From the NCBI RefSeq assembly GCF_009914755.1, contig NC_060931.1: a stretch of 64,000 nucleotides of DNA. The stretch is one strand, 5' to 3'. The DNA is from the human T2T-CHM13v2.0 reference genome, Homo sapiens. The notes beneath the pieces are model-generated. The model saw only the letters and a program-made list of their open reading frames with translations, was not told the origin of the DNA and did no database searches. Every line of letters begins with the position of its first letter. Position 1 is the stretch's first letter. This document shows positions 41,347 to 55,696 of this stretch, piece by piece. A program made the position numbers and the translations under genes.

Positions 41347-42612
41347 CTAAGCGTAGTGGCACATGCCTGGAGTCTCAGTTACTTGGGAGGCTGAGCTGGG
41401 AGGTTCACTTGAGCCTGGGGATTTCCTTGAGCCTGGGAGGTCGAGGCTCCAGTGAGCCATAATTGTGCCACTGCATTCCAGCCTGGGTAACAGAGCGAGA
41501 CTCTGTCTCAAACAAATAAATAAAAAGCTGAAAGAATTCATCACCAACAAACACAGTAAGAAATGTTAACGGATGTCCTTCAGGCAGAAGAAAAATACCA
41601 AATGGAAATCTGGATCTACACAAAGGAATGAAAGGCATTGAAAATGGTAACTACATATATTTATATGTGCCTGTTTTTCCTTATTATTTAAATCTCTTTA
41701 AAATATAATTGAGGACTGATATCAGCAAAAGGGCAGAGTAGACAGCTCCAAGCTCCCATCACCCAACAGAAACAGAAAAAAAAAAAAAAAAAAGGCCAGG
41801 CGCAGTGGTTCACACCTATAATCCCAGCACTTTGGGAGGCCGAGGCAGGTGGATCACCTGAGGTCAGGAGTTTGAGACCAGACTGACCAACATGGTGAAA
41901 CCCCATCTCTACTAAAAATACAAAATTAGCCAAGTGTGGTGGCACATGCCTGTAATCCCAGCTACTCGGGAGGGTGAGGCAGGAGAATCGCTTGAACGGG
42001 GAGGCGGAGGTTGCAGTGAGCCGAGATGGCGCCACTGCACTCCAGCCTGGGCAACAAGAGTGAAACTCTGTCTCAAAAAAAAAAAACCAAATAATTATTA
42101 GAAACAACTCTGAAAAACAGCCAAAGCCTTACAACAACCAAATGAATGCTGAATCAAGAAAAAGGCAACTTAAAAAGGAAAGGTAGAAAACCTTTGTGGC
42201 AATGTTTTTTAAGAGACAGGATCTTGCTCTGTTGCCCAGGCTGGAATGCAGTGGTGTGATTGTGGCTCACTCTACCCTTGAACTCCTGGGCTCAAGTGAT
42301 TCTCTCACCTCAGCCTTCCAAGCAGCTGGGACTGCAGGCGTGAGCCACCGCACCTGGCTTCTACGGGAGTCTTGAAGACAGAAGGCTGCATTCGCAGTGT
42401 GGGGCCTCTTGGCATTCCACAGGGACGGGGCGGACCTTACCTTCAAATTACTGGTAAATCTGCTATCGCACGTCTGAGGGCTACTGAGGGAATGATGTAG
42501 ACGCCTGTCTATTTGCTGGAAACTCACTGAGGCTGGAAAAGTGGTGAGCATTGCTCAAAAACATTGCAAGGCAAACAATCTACACAGGACTGGGGCAAAA
42601 CCTGACAGTTGA

Positions 42613-42921
<309 letters not shown>

Positions 42922-42944
42922 TGAGCTACCATGCCCGGCAACAG

Positions 42945-43522
42945 TAGGGGAAAGAGCTGAGTTCCATTCTCTGGTGTCCTTAAAGAACAGGAAGAAATGC
43001 CAGGGATGGCCAGGCACGGTGGCTCATGCCTATAATCCCAGCACTTTGGGAGGCTGAGGCAGGCAGATCGCCTGAAGTTAGGAGTTCGAGACCAGCCTGG
43101 CCAACATGGCCAGGCCCGTCTCTACTAAAAATACAAAAATTAGCCAGGCGTGGTGGCAGGTGCCTGTAATCCCAGCTATTAGGAAGGCTGAGGCAGGAGA
43201 ATCGCTTGAACCCAGGAGGTGGAGGTTGAGTGAGCCGAGATCGTGCCACTGCACTCTAGCCTGGAGACAGAGCATGACTCCATCTCAAAAAAACACAAAA
43301 GAAACAAGCAGAAATGCCAGAGACGTGCAGAGAAAAGGTCACATGAAGACACAGCAAGAAGGCAGCTATCTGCAAGCCAATGAGAGAACACTCTGAAGAA
43401 GTCAGCCCTGCTGGCACCTTGATCTTTGACTTCTGGCTTCTAGAACTGTGAGAAAATAACTTCCAGCTGTTGAAGCCATGGTCTGTGGCATTTTGCTATG
43501 GTAGCCCGAGCAAACTAATAGA
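42945..43522 (+). mobile_element. MLT1A/B LTR interrupted by an Alu (about 43008-43300)
   Basis: gaagacacagcaagaaggcagctatctgcaagcca...ctagaactgtgagaaaataa...gcaaactaata. Confidence 0.7.
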
Positions 43523-43540
43523 GACTTCCTAAATCCGAGA

Positions 43541-43668
43541 AGGAAAGCTGGGGAGAATTCCTCTGAGAAAGCAGGAAAGCTGGGGAGAATTCCTCTGAGA
43601 AAGCAGGAAAGCTGGGGAGAATTCCTCTGAGAAAGCAGGAAAGCTGGGGAGAATTCCTCTAGGAAAGC
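43541..43668. repeat. 32-bp minisatellite, 4 copies
   Basis: Unit AGGAAAGCTGGGGAGAATTCCTCTGAGAAAGC; three identical copies plus one with a 2-nt change. Confidence 0.95.
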
Positions 43669-44249
43669 AGGGCAGTCACAAGCGCTCAGTTGTTACACGG
43701 GCTTTGCCCAGGGCAGGATGCTTGCTCAGAAACACCTGACAAAGACCTAAGTTTTCACCTTGGCCTGATCACGAGGGTCAGTGCAGGCCTAGCTAAGTGC
43801 TGAAGGAAAGCTGTGGTGCAAAGGCAAACTTCAAAGACTGGGAGAGGTACTTTCTTCCATTTTTAGCTCCTAGTATTCAAGGAAATCTCTTATCAAAATG
43901 TGAGCTGAACACATGCTAAAAGAATCAGAGACTTCAGTGACCACACATGAAAATGATAAATCTTTGCACAAATAGTTTGGAAGTCACTAAACGTATGTAC
44001 TACTACAGCCTTCAATGATTAAAAACAGACACACTCACAAATACATAGCAAATAAAATGAGAAGAATCATCTAAATGCCAGAGTTACTACCTTGCAATAT
44101 TCAAATGTCCGTGTTTCAATGACAATCACAAATCATGCAAAGACAAGGGAACGTATTCAAAGTAACAAAATAAATTGATGGAAATCAGCCCTTAGGAAGC
44201 CCAGATATTGGACTTAGCAGACAAAGACTTTTTAAAAACTCTATAAATC

Positions 44250-45158
44250 GTGAAGGACCTCTTCAAGGAGAACTACAAACCACTGCTCAAGGAAATAAGA
44301 GAGTACACAAACAAATGGAAACACATTCCATGCTCATGGATAGGAAGAATCAGTATTGCGAAAATGGCTATACTACCCAAAGTAATTTACAGATTCAATG
44401 CTATTCCCAACAAGCTACTGACTGTCTTCACAGAATTAGAAAAAACTACCTTAAATTTCATATGAAACCAAAAACGAGCCCATATAGCCAAGACGATACT
44501 AAGCAAAAAGAACAAAGGTGGAGGCATAACGCTACCTGACTTCAAACTACACTACAAGGCTACTGTAACCAAAACAGCATGGTACTGGTACCAAAACAGA
44601 TATATAGCAATGGAACAGAACAGAGACCTCAGAAATAACACCACACATCTACAACCATCTGATCTTCGACAAACCTGACAAAAACAAGCAATGGGGAAAG
44701 GATTCTCTATTTAATGGTGCTGGGAAGACTGGCTAGCCATATACAGAAAACTGAAACTGGACCCCTTCCTTAACACCTTATAAAAAATTAACTCAAGATG
44801 GATTAAAGACTTAAATGTAAAATCCAAAACCATAAAAATCCTAGAAGAAAACCTACGCAATACCATTCAGGACATAGGCATGGGCAAAGTCTTCATGACT
44901 AGAACACCAAAAGCAATTGCAACAAAAGCCAAAATTGACAAATGGGATCTAATTAAACTAAAGAGCTTCTGCATAGCAAAAGAAACTAGCATCCAAGTGA
45001 ACAGGCAGCCTACAGAACGAGAGAAAATTTTTGCAATCTACCCATCTGACAAAGGTCAGATCCAGAATCTTGTATATTCTTGTAGATCCAGAAACGACAA
45101 GGAACTTAAACAAATTTACCAGAAAAAACCAATTAACCCCATCAAAAAGTGGGCAAAG
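44250..45158 (+). mobile_element. Primate L1 (L1PA-type) ORF2 fragment, disrupted
   Basis: [31 protein letters not shown] and [21 protein letters not shown] are L1 ORF2p peptides, with frameshifts. Confidence 0.9.
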
Positions 45159-45890
45159 CGCCAGGCACGATGGCTCACGTCTGTAATCACAGCACTTTGG
45201 GAGGCCAAGGCAGGTGGATCACCTGAGCTCAGGAGTTCAAGACTAAAAATACAAAAATTACTGAATTACTCTACTAAAAATATAAAAATTAGCCTGGCAT
45301 GGTGGTGGGCACCTATAATCTCAGCTACTTGGGAGGCTGAGGCAGGAGAATCTCTTGAACCCAGGAGGAGGAGGTTGTAGTAGGCCGAGATCGCGCTGCT
45401 GCATTCCAGCCTGGGTGATAGAGTGAGACTCCGCCTCAAAAAACAAAAAGGCTGGGTGCAGTGGCTCACACCTGTAATCCCAGTGCTTTGGGAGGCCAAG
45501 GCAGGCGGATCACCTGAGGTCAGGAGTTCAAGACCAGCCTGGCCAACATGGGGAAATCCCATCTCTACTAAAAATACAAAAAATTTAGCTGGGTGTAGTG
45601 GTGCACACCTGTAATCCCAGCTACTAGGGAGGATGAGGCAGAAGAATCACTTGAACCTGGGAGGTGGGAGGCAGAGGAGGAGCCGAGATCGCGCCACTTG
45701 CCTAGGCGAGTGAGACTCATCTCAAAAACAAACAAAAAAACAGTGCATGTTGGCTAGTTTGTTAATCAATATTAGTTAGTTATTAGCTCCGAATAGATGT
45801 CAGTTAATATGGTAGGCACTGATGACGTATTCATGACACAAAGCTGGTCCCAATGCTAGAATGATCTTTGTTCGAGATCCAGGTTGCTGC

Positions 45891-45907
45891 TGCCACTAGA
45901 GGGCAGC
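45891..45907 (+). promoter_or_regulatory. CTCF core motif
   Basis: TGCCACTAGAGGGCAGC matches the CCASYAGRKGGCRS consensus. Binding is not shown. Confidence 0.6.
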
Positions 45908-46695
45908 CGAAGCTCATCTGTAATGGCACAGTAATGGTTAACCCCAACAATCTAACATTACCAGGGAAGAACTGTCCTGAAGGGCAAAGTACCAAGCTAC
46001 CTAAAGTTTGTATTGATTCTCTCAAGACTGTTGCTAACAAAATGGTAAAATGGGTCAAGTTTGTGTTTGGAACCCCTAGCCTCTCATCTCTTCACCCTCT
46101 TCCCTGAAGAGGTGGAGGGAATAATACAGGTACCACCTGTAAGTAAAAAGTGTGGCAGAAACAGTCAGTTGCATCTCTCACCAACAGGTGGGTCAGGGTG
46201 GGGAGGGAGAGGAGATTCCTGGAGAGGAACGGATCAAGCTAGGAAGCACAGAACTGCAGGCCAGAGACAACTCTGGAAGCAGAAACAGGTGTGTGCTTCC
46301 AGGCGCACAGACACCAACTGTATGACACCCACACCTTCTACTCACAAACTCACTATTGACGGTGCACCACCACCTGCTTTGTGCAACACAGGAAACACCA
46401 ATAAACACTGGAGACAGTGTCAGGCCAGGCATGGTGGCTCACACCTGTGCTCCCAGCACTTTGGGAGGCTGAGGTAGGAGGATCGCTTGAGGCCAGAAGT
46501 TCAAGACCATCCTCAGCAATACAGAGAGACCCTATCTCTACAAAAAGTTAAAAAAAAAAAAAAAAAAAGATACAGGCCAGGCGTGGTGGTTCACGCCTAT
46601 AATCTCAGCACTTTGGGAGGCTGAGGCAGGCGGATCACCTGAGGTCCGGAGTTTGAGACCAGCCTAACCAACCTGGAGAAACCCCAACTCTGCTA

Positions 46696-46854
<159 letters not shown>

Positions 46855-46909
46855 TCAAAAAAAAAAAAAAAAGACACAGTCTCATTCCTTAATGAGTATA
46901 AAGAAGTAA

Positions 46910-47500
46910 AGTGTTTCAGTTACTAATTGCATAAGAAACCAATCTAAAACATAGTGGCAAAAAACAATCATTATCATCAGGGATTCTGTGATTCCAACAG
47001 GCCTGGCTTGTCTCTGGTCCACACGACATGTGGGGCCTCAGCTGGGAAGACATGGAGTCTTAAGTGTGATCAATGGGAGGGGGCTGGAATCATTTAGAGG
47101 CATCTTCATTCACAAAACCAGGAGCTGATACTGGCTGTCAGCCAGGACTTCAACTGACCTGTGGGCTGGAACCTGTCCATGTGGCCCCTCGCAGTCTCCC
47201 CATTTGGGCTGGTTTGGGCTTCATCACAGTCCGGCAGCTTACTTCTAAGGGCAAGCATTCCATGACAACACAGCAGAAAGGCATGACATTTTTACAGTGC
47301 AGCCTGGCTATCTCATAGCGTCGCTTCTGTCCTACTTTATTTATTGGTCAGGGCAATCACAAAGATGTGCACAGGCTCAAGGAAAAGAGACATACCCCCG
47401 ACCACGCGATGGAAGAAGTGACAAGGTCATGTTATGAGAGGAGTGTGTGGGATGGGAGATAGGGCTGTGGCCACCTGCAGAAAATAGCATCTGCCACAGG
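46910..47500 (-). mobile_element. Old MLT1-family LTR
   Basis: Degenerate MLT1 motifs (aaaacatagtggc; ggggctggaatcat; tggctgtcagc). Subfamily and ends uncertain. Confidence 0.5.
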
Positions 47501-48401
47501 CTGTCATGGAAGCGCAGGATGGGGATTTAGCCTACCTGAGGGGTCAGTCAGCAAAGGCCTCTGGGACGAAGTGAGATCTTCGGCTGAGGATGTGAGGGGC
47601 TAAAAGGAGACTGAGGAAGAGTCTCAGGGAGAGGAATCAATGAGACTGGATTCCAGAGAGAGGCTGGTGAGTTGGATGGTTTGCTTCAGTATGATGACAA
47701 TACAGAGGGCAAGGAGACTGGTGCAGGAGGAGAGAGAAGGTGCCATGTGCTCTGGGTGGCGCTCTGTGCCGGACCCCCTTAGAAGAGGAGCAGCCTCCAG
47801 TCAGCGGTGTCCCAGGAACACAGAGGCTGGAGAGGACAATGGCAGCCAATCCCTGCTCCCAATCTGGTGACAGTAGGGAAAAGCTGCATGGTCTAGATCC
47901 ACTCTGCTCCCTGGCCCCAGTATAGAAGATCAAATTCAATCTGCCCAATCTTATCCAGATAAAGTAAAGGAAGACTGGAAAAAAGAACTAATCCAAAGCT
48001 CCATCTGCCCATGACTTTCTCTGCTGATGCCGGAGGCAGCTATGGATAAAGAGATGGCACACGGCATGTCCCGACGCAGTGGAGGTGGGGAGACCCTGCA
48101 ACTCCACAGGGAAAGAGTGAAGTTGCTGCCACCTGGGCATCAGCTATTCTCTGCTCTTCTGCCTCATCCTCAATTCAGACCATGATGGAGCTGATTTTCC
48201 TCCATTTTATACCTTGGATTGAATGGTCTCGAGCTGCTGGTCTTGTCTCCATAGTCACATCCAAGAGGTCTGTCTTTCAAATAAATGCTGTGTATCAATG
48301 TACAGTGTATATAATTAATGTATGATATCAGACTAAATTATAGATAAGACAAGAGATGAAATTAGAGTTAAGTAGGGACCCGATGACGAAGAGCCTTGTA
48401 A

Positions 48402-49145
<744 letters not shown>

Positions 49146-50201
49146 TGATCCCTCACATAGGATATGGTGCATGGCGAGCACTCACTAAAGGTGTGCAGAG
49201 TACTGCATGAGGAAAAACTTCATCCAGGCCAGGCGCAGTGGCTCATGCCTGTACTCCCAGCACTTTGGGAGGCCAAAGAGGGAGGACAGCTTGAGCCCAA
49301 GAGTTCAAGATTAGCCTGGGCAACATAGCAGAGATCTCGTCTGTACCAAAACAACAACAACAACTAGCTGGGCATGGTGGCGTGAACCTGTAGTCCCAGC
49401 TACTCAGGAGGCTGAGGCAGGAGGATCCCTTGAACCCAGGAAGTCAACGCTGCAGTGAGGTATGATCGCTCCACTGCACTCCAGCCTGGGTGACAGAGTA
49501 CAACCCTGCTCTTAAAAAAATAGAAAGTTCATTTATAAACAGAAGTGAACAGGAATCTGACTCTTGTACTTTGGTGGGAGTTTGGGTTATCTTTTACTTG
49601 AGGCTGAGGCTATGTCAAAACTAGGGATATAACAACAAGCACCATGTACCGAGTGCTGCTTCTGTGCCACAGGCTCTCCTACATGCTTGCCACACATTCG
49701 TCTATTTCATCCTCCCAATAGTCCTACTCCATGTCCAGCAAGGAGTGAAAAGGCTGAGGCGAGTCACAGGGAGAAGAGGGCCCCAGTGAACAGACGAAAT
49801 GAGGAAGAAGATCTGGAGAGGTCGCACGAGCCAGAGCGCAAAGGCACAGTGGCTGCGGTGCAGGCTCTTTAGCAAGGTGCTTTGGGCTGGAAATGGGGTT
49901 TTACTGCCTGTTGCGAGATGGGACATGAGACACAATCAACATGCAAATGGGTAGGATGTTTCATCACACGGAAGCAAAATGTATTGCCGCTAAAATGAGA
50001 AGTAACACCCTAAAAGTTATCAAGACAACAATTTTCAATGCCAAATGTTGTTTCCAGTTCCATAGGAGATGGAATAAGCACACCCATTACATTTCTCTTC
50101 TAATTACAACTAAAACCCCTGTTCAAAATACATGAAGCAGCTGGGCACAGTGGCTCATGCCTGTAATCCCAGCACTCTGGGAGGCCGAGGCAGGTGAATC
50201 A

Positions 50202-50411
<210 letters not shown>

Positions 50412-50421
50412 CTATTTCAAT

Positions 50422-50424
<3 letters not shown>

Positions 50425-50470
<46 letters not shown>

Positions 50471-50472
50471 AT
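50425..50472. repeat. (TAAA)n microsatellite in an Alu tail
   Basis: About 12 TAAA units directly visible. Confidence 0.9.
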
Positions 50473-51013
50473 ACATGAAGCAACGATCCAATCAATCAAA
50501 CCAACAAATTCTGGAAAGGTAGAGAAGAGAAGGGCTGACCCAGTGGTGAGTTCCCAGGGTGGTTTGATGGTTTGTTCTTTGGCCTCCTATATACCCTGTC
50601 TTATCTGTTAGAGCGGAGTCTACAACCAGGAAATCCCAGTGCCCCCTTCATCCCCCAACCCCCACAAAAGGAGCCTCATCTTTCGAGCCAAATGACAGCG
50701 AAGAGGGCGGCCCTGCGGGACAGTGCCCTTTTGACTACACACACCCTACTCTAGGAAAACAGCCTGAAAAAAGCTGCACCTTCCCCTGCCCCAGATACTG
50801 TAGACACTGTGGAACAAAGACCTGTTGACCCTCCCCACCTTGGGCCAACACAAGCAGAGGTGGCATCTCTCCCCTCTCCACCAAGCACTGGCAAGACTGT
50901 GTGGAAGGGCCCTGCTGACCATCCACAACCTGCACAAGACTGAACCACAGTAACAAGGTGGCACCCCATCCTCTCTCAAAGACAGTGAGGAGCTAGAAGC
51001 AAGGACTCTCCAA

Positions 51014-51379
51014 CCCATTTCCCGTTCCCCGTCCCACCCACCGCAGAATACTCCTCTCTAATCCTAATATAACGTCGTGTACATTTCTGTTACATTCGGA
51101 TTAAAGACAAGTTCTGTTTAATAATAACTCCAAGAACAGTTGATATATATATTTTTTCTTTTAGAACAGGAGTGAAAGTTTATTAAAAAGCTTTAAAGCA
51201 GTAAAGAAAGGAAGGAAGGGAAGGAAAGTACACTTGGAAGAAGGCCAAACCCAGTTTTCATATTTTATTTTCGCATTGAAAATCAGTCAGATTTACTTCA
51301 GCCTCAAAAGTGTGTTTATGTAAAATTAAATGAGCACTAGCAGCAAGCTGCACTTTTTTTTTCCCAAATGGGAAACGGG
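51014..51379 (+). mobile_element. MER75B-like piggyBac MITE with an internal insertion
   Basis: Terminal inverted repeats CCCATTTCCCGTT and AATGGGAAACGGG, TTAA at 51380-51383, internal palindrome at about 51055-51110. Family from recalled consensus. Confidence 0.8.
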
Positions 51380-52528
51380 TTAAATATGTGTAGGAAGTCC
51401 TGGGCCATGCCCTCCAAGTGCCCATGTGTGAAAACAACCAGGATCAACACAGCAAAAGCTCTGAGAGCTCAACGGCAATGTGGAATACTCTGAGGTTTCA
51501 AACTGGCCTCCAGGGCTGGGTGCGGTGGCTCATGCCTGTAATCCCAACACTGTGGGAGGCCGAGATGGGAGGAACACTTGAGCCCAGGAGTTCAAGATCA
51601 GCCTGGGCAACAGAGTGAGACCTTGTCTCTACTAAATATAAAAAATCAGCTGGGCGTGGTAGTGTGTACCTCTGGTCCCAGCTACTCAAGAGGCTGAGGA
51701 GGAGGAGTGATTGAGTCTGGGAGATTACAGCTGCAGTGAGCTATGACTGGGCCATTGCACTCCAGCCAGGGCAACAGAGCAAGACCCTGTCTCCAAACAA
51801 CAACAAAAACAAAAACAAATTGGCCTCTGGGTTGCACAAAGGTGGGGGAGGCCAGAGGAGCTCTGCAAAAGCTTTGAAAACTAAATTGATCTTAGAACCA
51901 GAGCCCTGCTGGCCACAGAAAGTGCATCCTGAATCTAAACAGGTTGAGTGCCTGCTAATACAGAATATTTAAACAGGAACTACAGTCTCATAACATAACA
52001 CTCAAAGTGTCCAGGATAAAATTAAAACTTACTCCTCATACTAAGAACCAGAAAAATCCGAACCCAGAAAAATTACTCCTCATACTAAAAACCAGAAAAA
52101 ATCTGAATGAGGAAAGACAATTAACACTAAGATGACAAAGATATTGGAATTATTGCATAGGGATTTTAGATGAGCTATCTTATAAATGGCCCAAGAAGTA
52201 ATTATGAACACTCTCGAAACACACTGAAAAATATAACGTCTCATTGAAGATATACGGAAGAACTACATTGTAATTTTAGAACTAGAAATTACAATAACTA
52301 AGTAAAAAACTCAATGGGTGAACTCAATAGCAGAATGGAGATACAACAGAGAAAAAAATTAGTGACCTTGATGATAGAGCAGCAGAAATGATTCAATCTG
52401 TATCGTGACAATCTTGCCATAAGAAAAAAAATTACGTAGAAATAATCCCATTTGACCAACAGAGAGAAAACAAATAGAAAAAAAAACTGAACAATGAGAC
52501 AACAGCAAAAGCTCTAACATTCATGTCA

Positions 52529-53017
<489 letters not shown>

Positions 53018-53462
53018 TTATATTTGATGGGCAAAAGCAAAACCATAACATTATCTCAGTGGTTCTCAATGAATGTAGAGGTGATATTCAAGACAACAAT
53101 ACCATAAAGAAGGGCAGAGGGGCCTAGAAAGCAGTAGAGTTTCTACATTCCACTTGAATTGGCAAAAGGTTGATACTAGCCAATGATCATAAGTATGTAT
53201 AATATAATCTCTACAGCCACCTATAAAATCCTATACAAAAATATATACTAAATGGCATACTGAATTGATTTAGCACGGCATATGAAGTTAAATGGCATAC
53301 TAAGAAATGTCTAAGTACCCCATAAAAAGGCAAGAAAAGGGAAACAGGTATAAAAAAACCCAGAGGGAACAAGTAGAAAATAGATAATAAAAACCCGTCC
53401 AAAATTAAATATAAATCTTCTAAACACAGCAATCAAAAAGGTTGTTGGAATCTGTTTTTTTA

Positions 53463-53759
<297 letters not shown>

Positions 53760-55337
53760 TCAATAAATAAATAAATATCAATAGTCACATAAGATGGCAG
53801 AGTAGGAAGCTGTAGTGTAGAGATCAGTCCCTTCACTAAAGCAACCACTGAGCTAGAAAGAGTGATTGGAATCAGCTCTTTTGGAATTCTGAAACATGAC
53901 CAGGAACTCCTAACAACCAGAGACATACTTAAACAATGAAGAGAGAGGCTGCTGATCTTCACGAGTGAGTGGCATGTGCCAACCAGCCAACACTCCCCCA
54001 TTCCTGAGCCTGAGTTCCTGAAGCAGCTGGCTGATGCCAGGGCGAGCAGCGGAACTCTGTCCTCCAAAACCATGGGTTCTGCACCTTGGTGGGTCCAATG
54101 GGTCTCTGAGGACCAGCCCGGATGCTTGCCTTGGTTTATTTGGCCCTCTCAGCAACAGTGGCTTCCCCAGGGACATCCTTCAGAAGATTTTATCAAAGAG
54201 ACAAAATCCTCCTCTGCCCCACCCCATTTAAAGCCATCTATTTAAGGAAATCCATGTTAGGTGGCTGGCTGACTGCAGAGATAATGAAACAAATTTCAGT
54301 GACCACACAAGCACAAGGAAGAAACACTTTGCAAAAATAGTTTGGAAAAGTAACAAAAGGGGAGCTTCAGACCTCAACAAGCAAAACCCAGCAATCCCAG
54401 GTGACTGAGAGAATCACATTTTGAGGGTCATTACATTGTAACACTTAAAATGCAACGTTCTCAACAAAAAACCACAAAATATACAAAGAAACAGGAAATA
54501 GGAAGCTTAGACCATTCACAGGAAAAAAACAGCAAAGAAAATCAGCAAACAATACAATAACTGAACACCATCATCGACCAATGGAACCTAACTGACATTT
54601 ACAGGAGACTTCACACACTAACAGCAGGGTACACATTCTTTGCCCATGGAAGATTCAGCAAGATTTACCAGAACCTGGGTCATAAAACAAATGTTTTTCT
54701 GAGATGGAGTCTCTTTCTGTCGCCCAGGCTGGAGTGCAGAGGTGCAATCGGCTTACTGCAACCTCCGCCTCCTGGGTTCAAGCAATTTTCCTGCCTCAGC
54801 TTCCAAGTAGCTGGGATTACAGGCATGCACCACCACGCCTGGCTAATTTTTGTGTTTTTCAGACAGGGTTTTGCCATGTTGGCCAGGCTGGTCTCAAACT
54901 CCTGACCTCAGGTGATCTACCTGCCTCGGCCTCCCAAAGTGATGGGATTACAGGTGTGAGCCACCATGCCCGGCCAAAACAAATCTTAAGAAATGTAAAA
55001 TAACTGAAATCATACAAAATACGTTCTGTGACTGTAAAATAATTAAACTAAATCAATTTTAAAAAGAAACCAGAAAATCTCTAAACACATGGAAATTAAA
55101 TACACTTCTAAATAATTCATGGGTCAAAGAGTGAGTCGCAAGGGAAACTGGAAAACATATTGAATTATGTAAAAGTGAAAATATAACATGTTGACTGGTA
55201 TCAGCAAAAATGGCAGAGTAGGTATCTCCAAGTCCCCATCCCCCCACAGAAACATTGATAAACCAAGCAAAACTGTCTGAATCAACTTCATGAGAACTGT
55301 AGAAAAATAATCAAAGGTTTACAATAACCAGATCATC

Positions 55338-55696
55338 TGATGTGGCTCTTTGTCCCCAAGCACATCTCATCCTGAATTGTAATCCCCAGGGGTCAAGGAG
55401 GGACCTGGTGGAAGGTGACTGGATCACGGGCGCGGTTCGCCCTATGCTGTTCTCGTGATAGTGAGGGAGTTCTCACGAGATCTGATGGTTTTTAAGTGGC
55501 AGTTTCCCCTGCACTCTCCCCTCTCTCCTGCCAGCCAGTGAAGAGGGTACTTGCTTCTTGTTAGCTTTCCACCATGATTGTAAGTCTCCTGAGGCCTCCC
55601 CAGCCAAGTGGAACTGTGAGTCAATTAAACCTCCTTTCTTTATAAATTACCCAGGCTCAGGCAGTTCTTTCCAGCAGTGTGAAAACTGACTAATAC
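55338..55696 (+). mobile_element. THE1 (C/D-like) MaLR LTR inserted in an old L1
   Basis: gctgttctcgtgatagtgag...ccaccatgattgtaag...gaactgtgagtcaattaaacct...gactaatac. Confidence 0.8.

Noticed and set aside
43541-43668. 32-bp repeats as a CRISPR-like array
   Set aside because: The units are directly tandem with no spacers, and the context is primate DNA.
44880-45380. 166-aa ORF
   Set aside because: L1 ORF2 remnant running into an Alu; frameshifted upstream and non-autonomous.
52030-52108. About 44-bp duplication (ttactcctcatactaa...ccagaaaaa)
   Set aside because: A small slippage inside an old L1 fragment with no functional hint.
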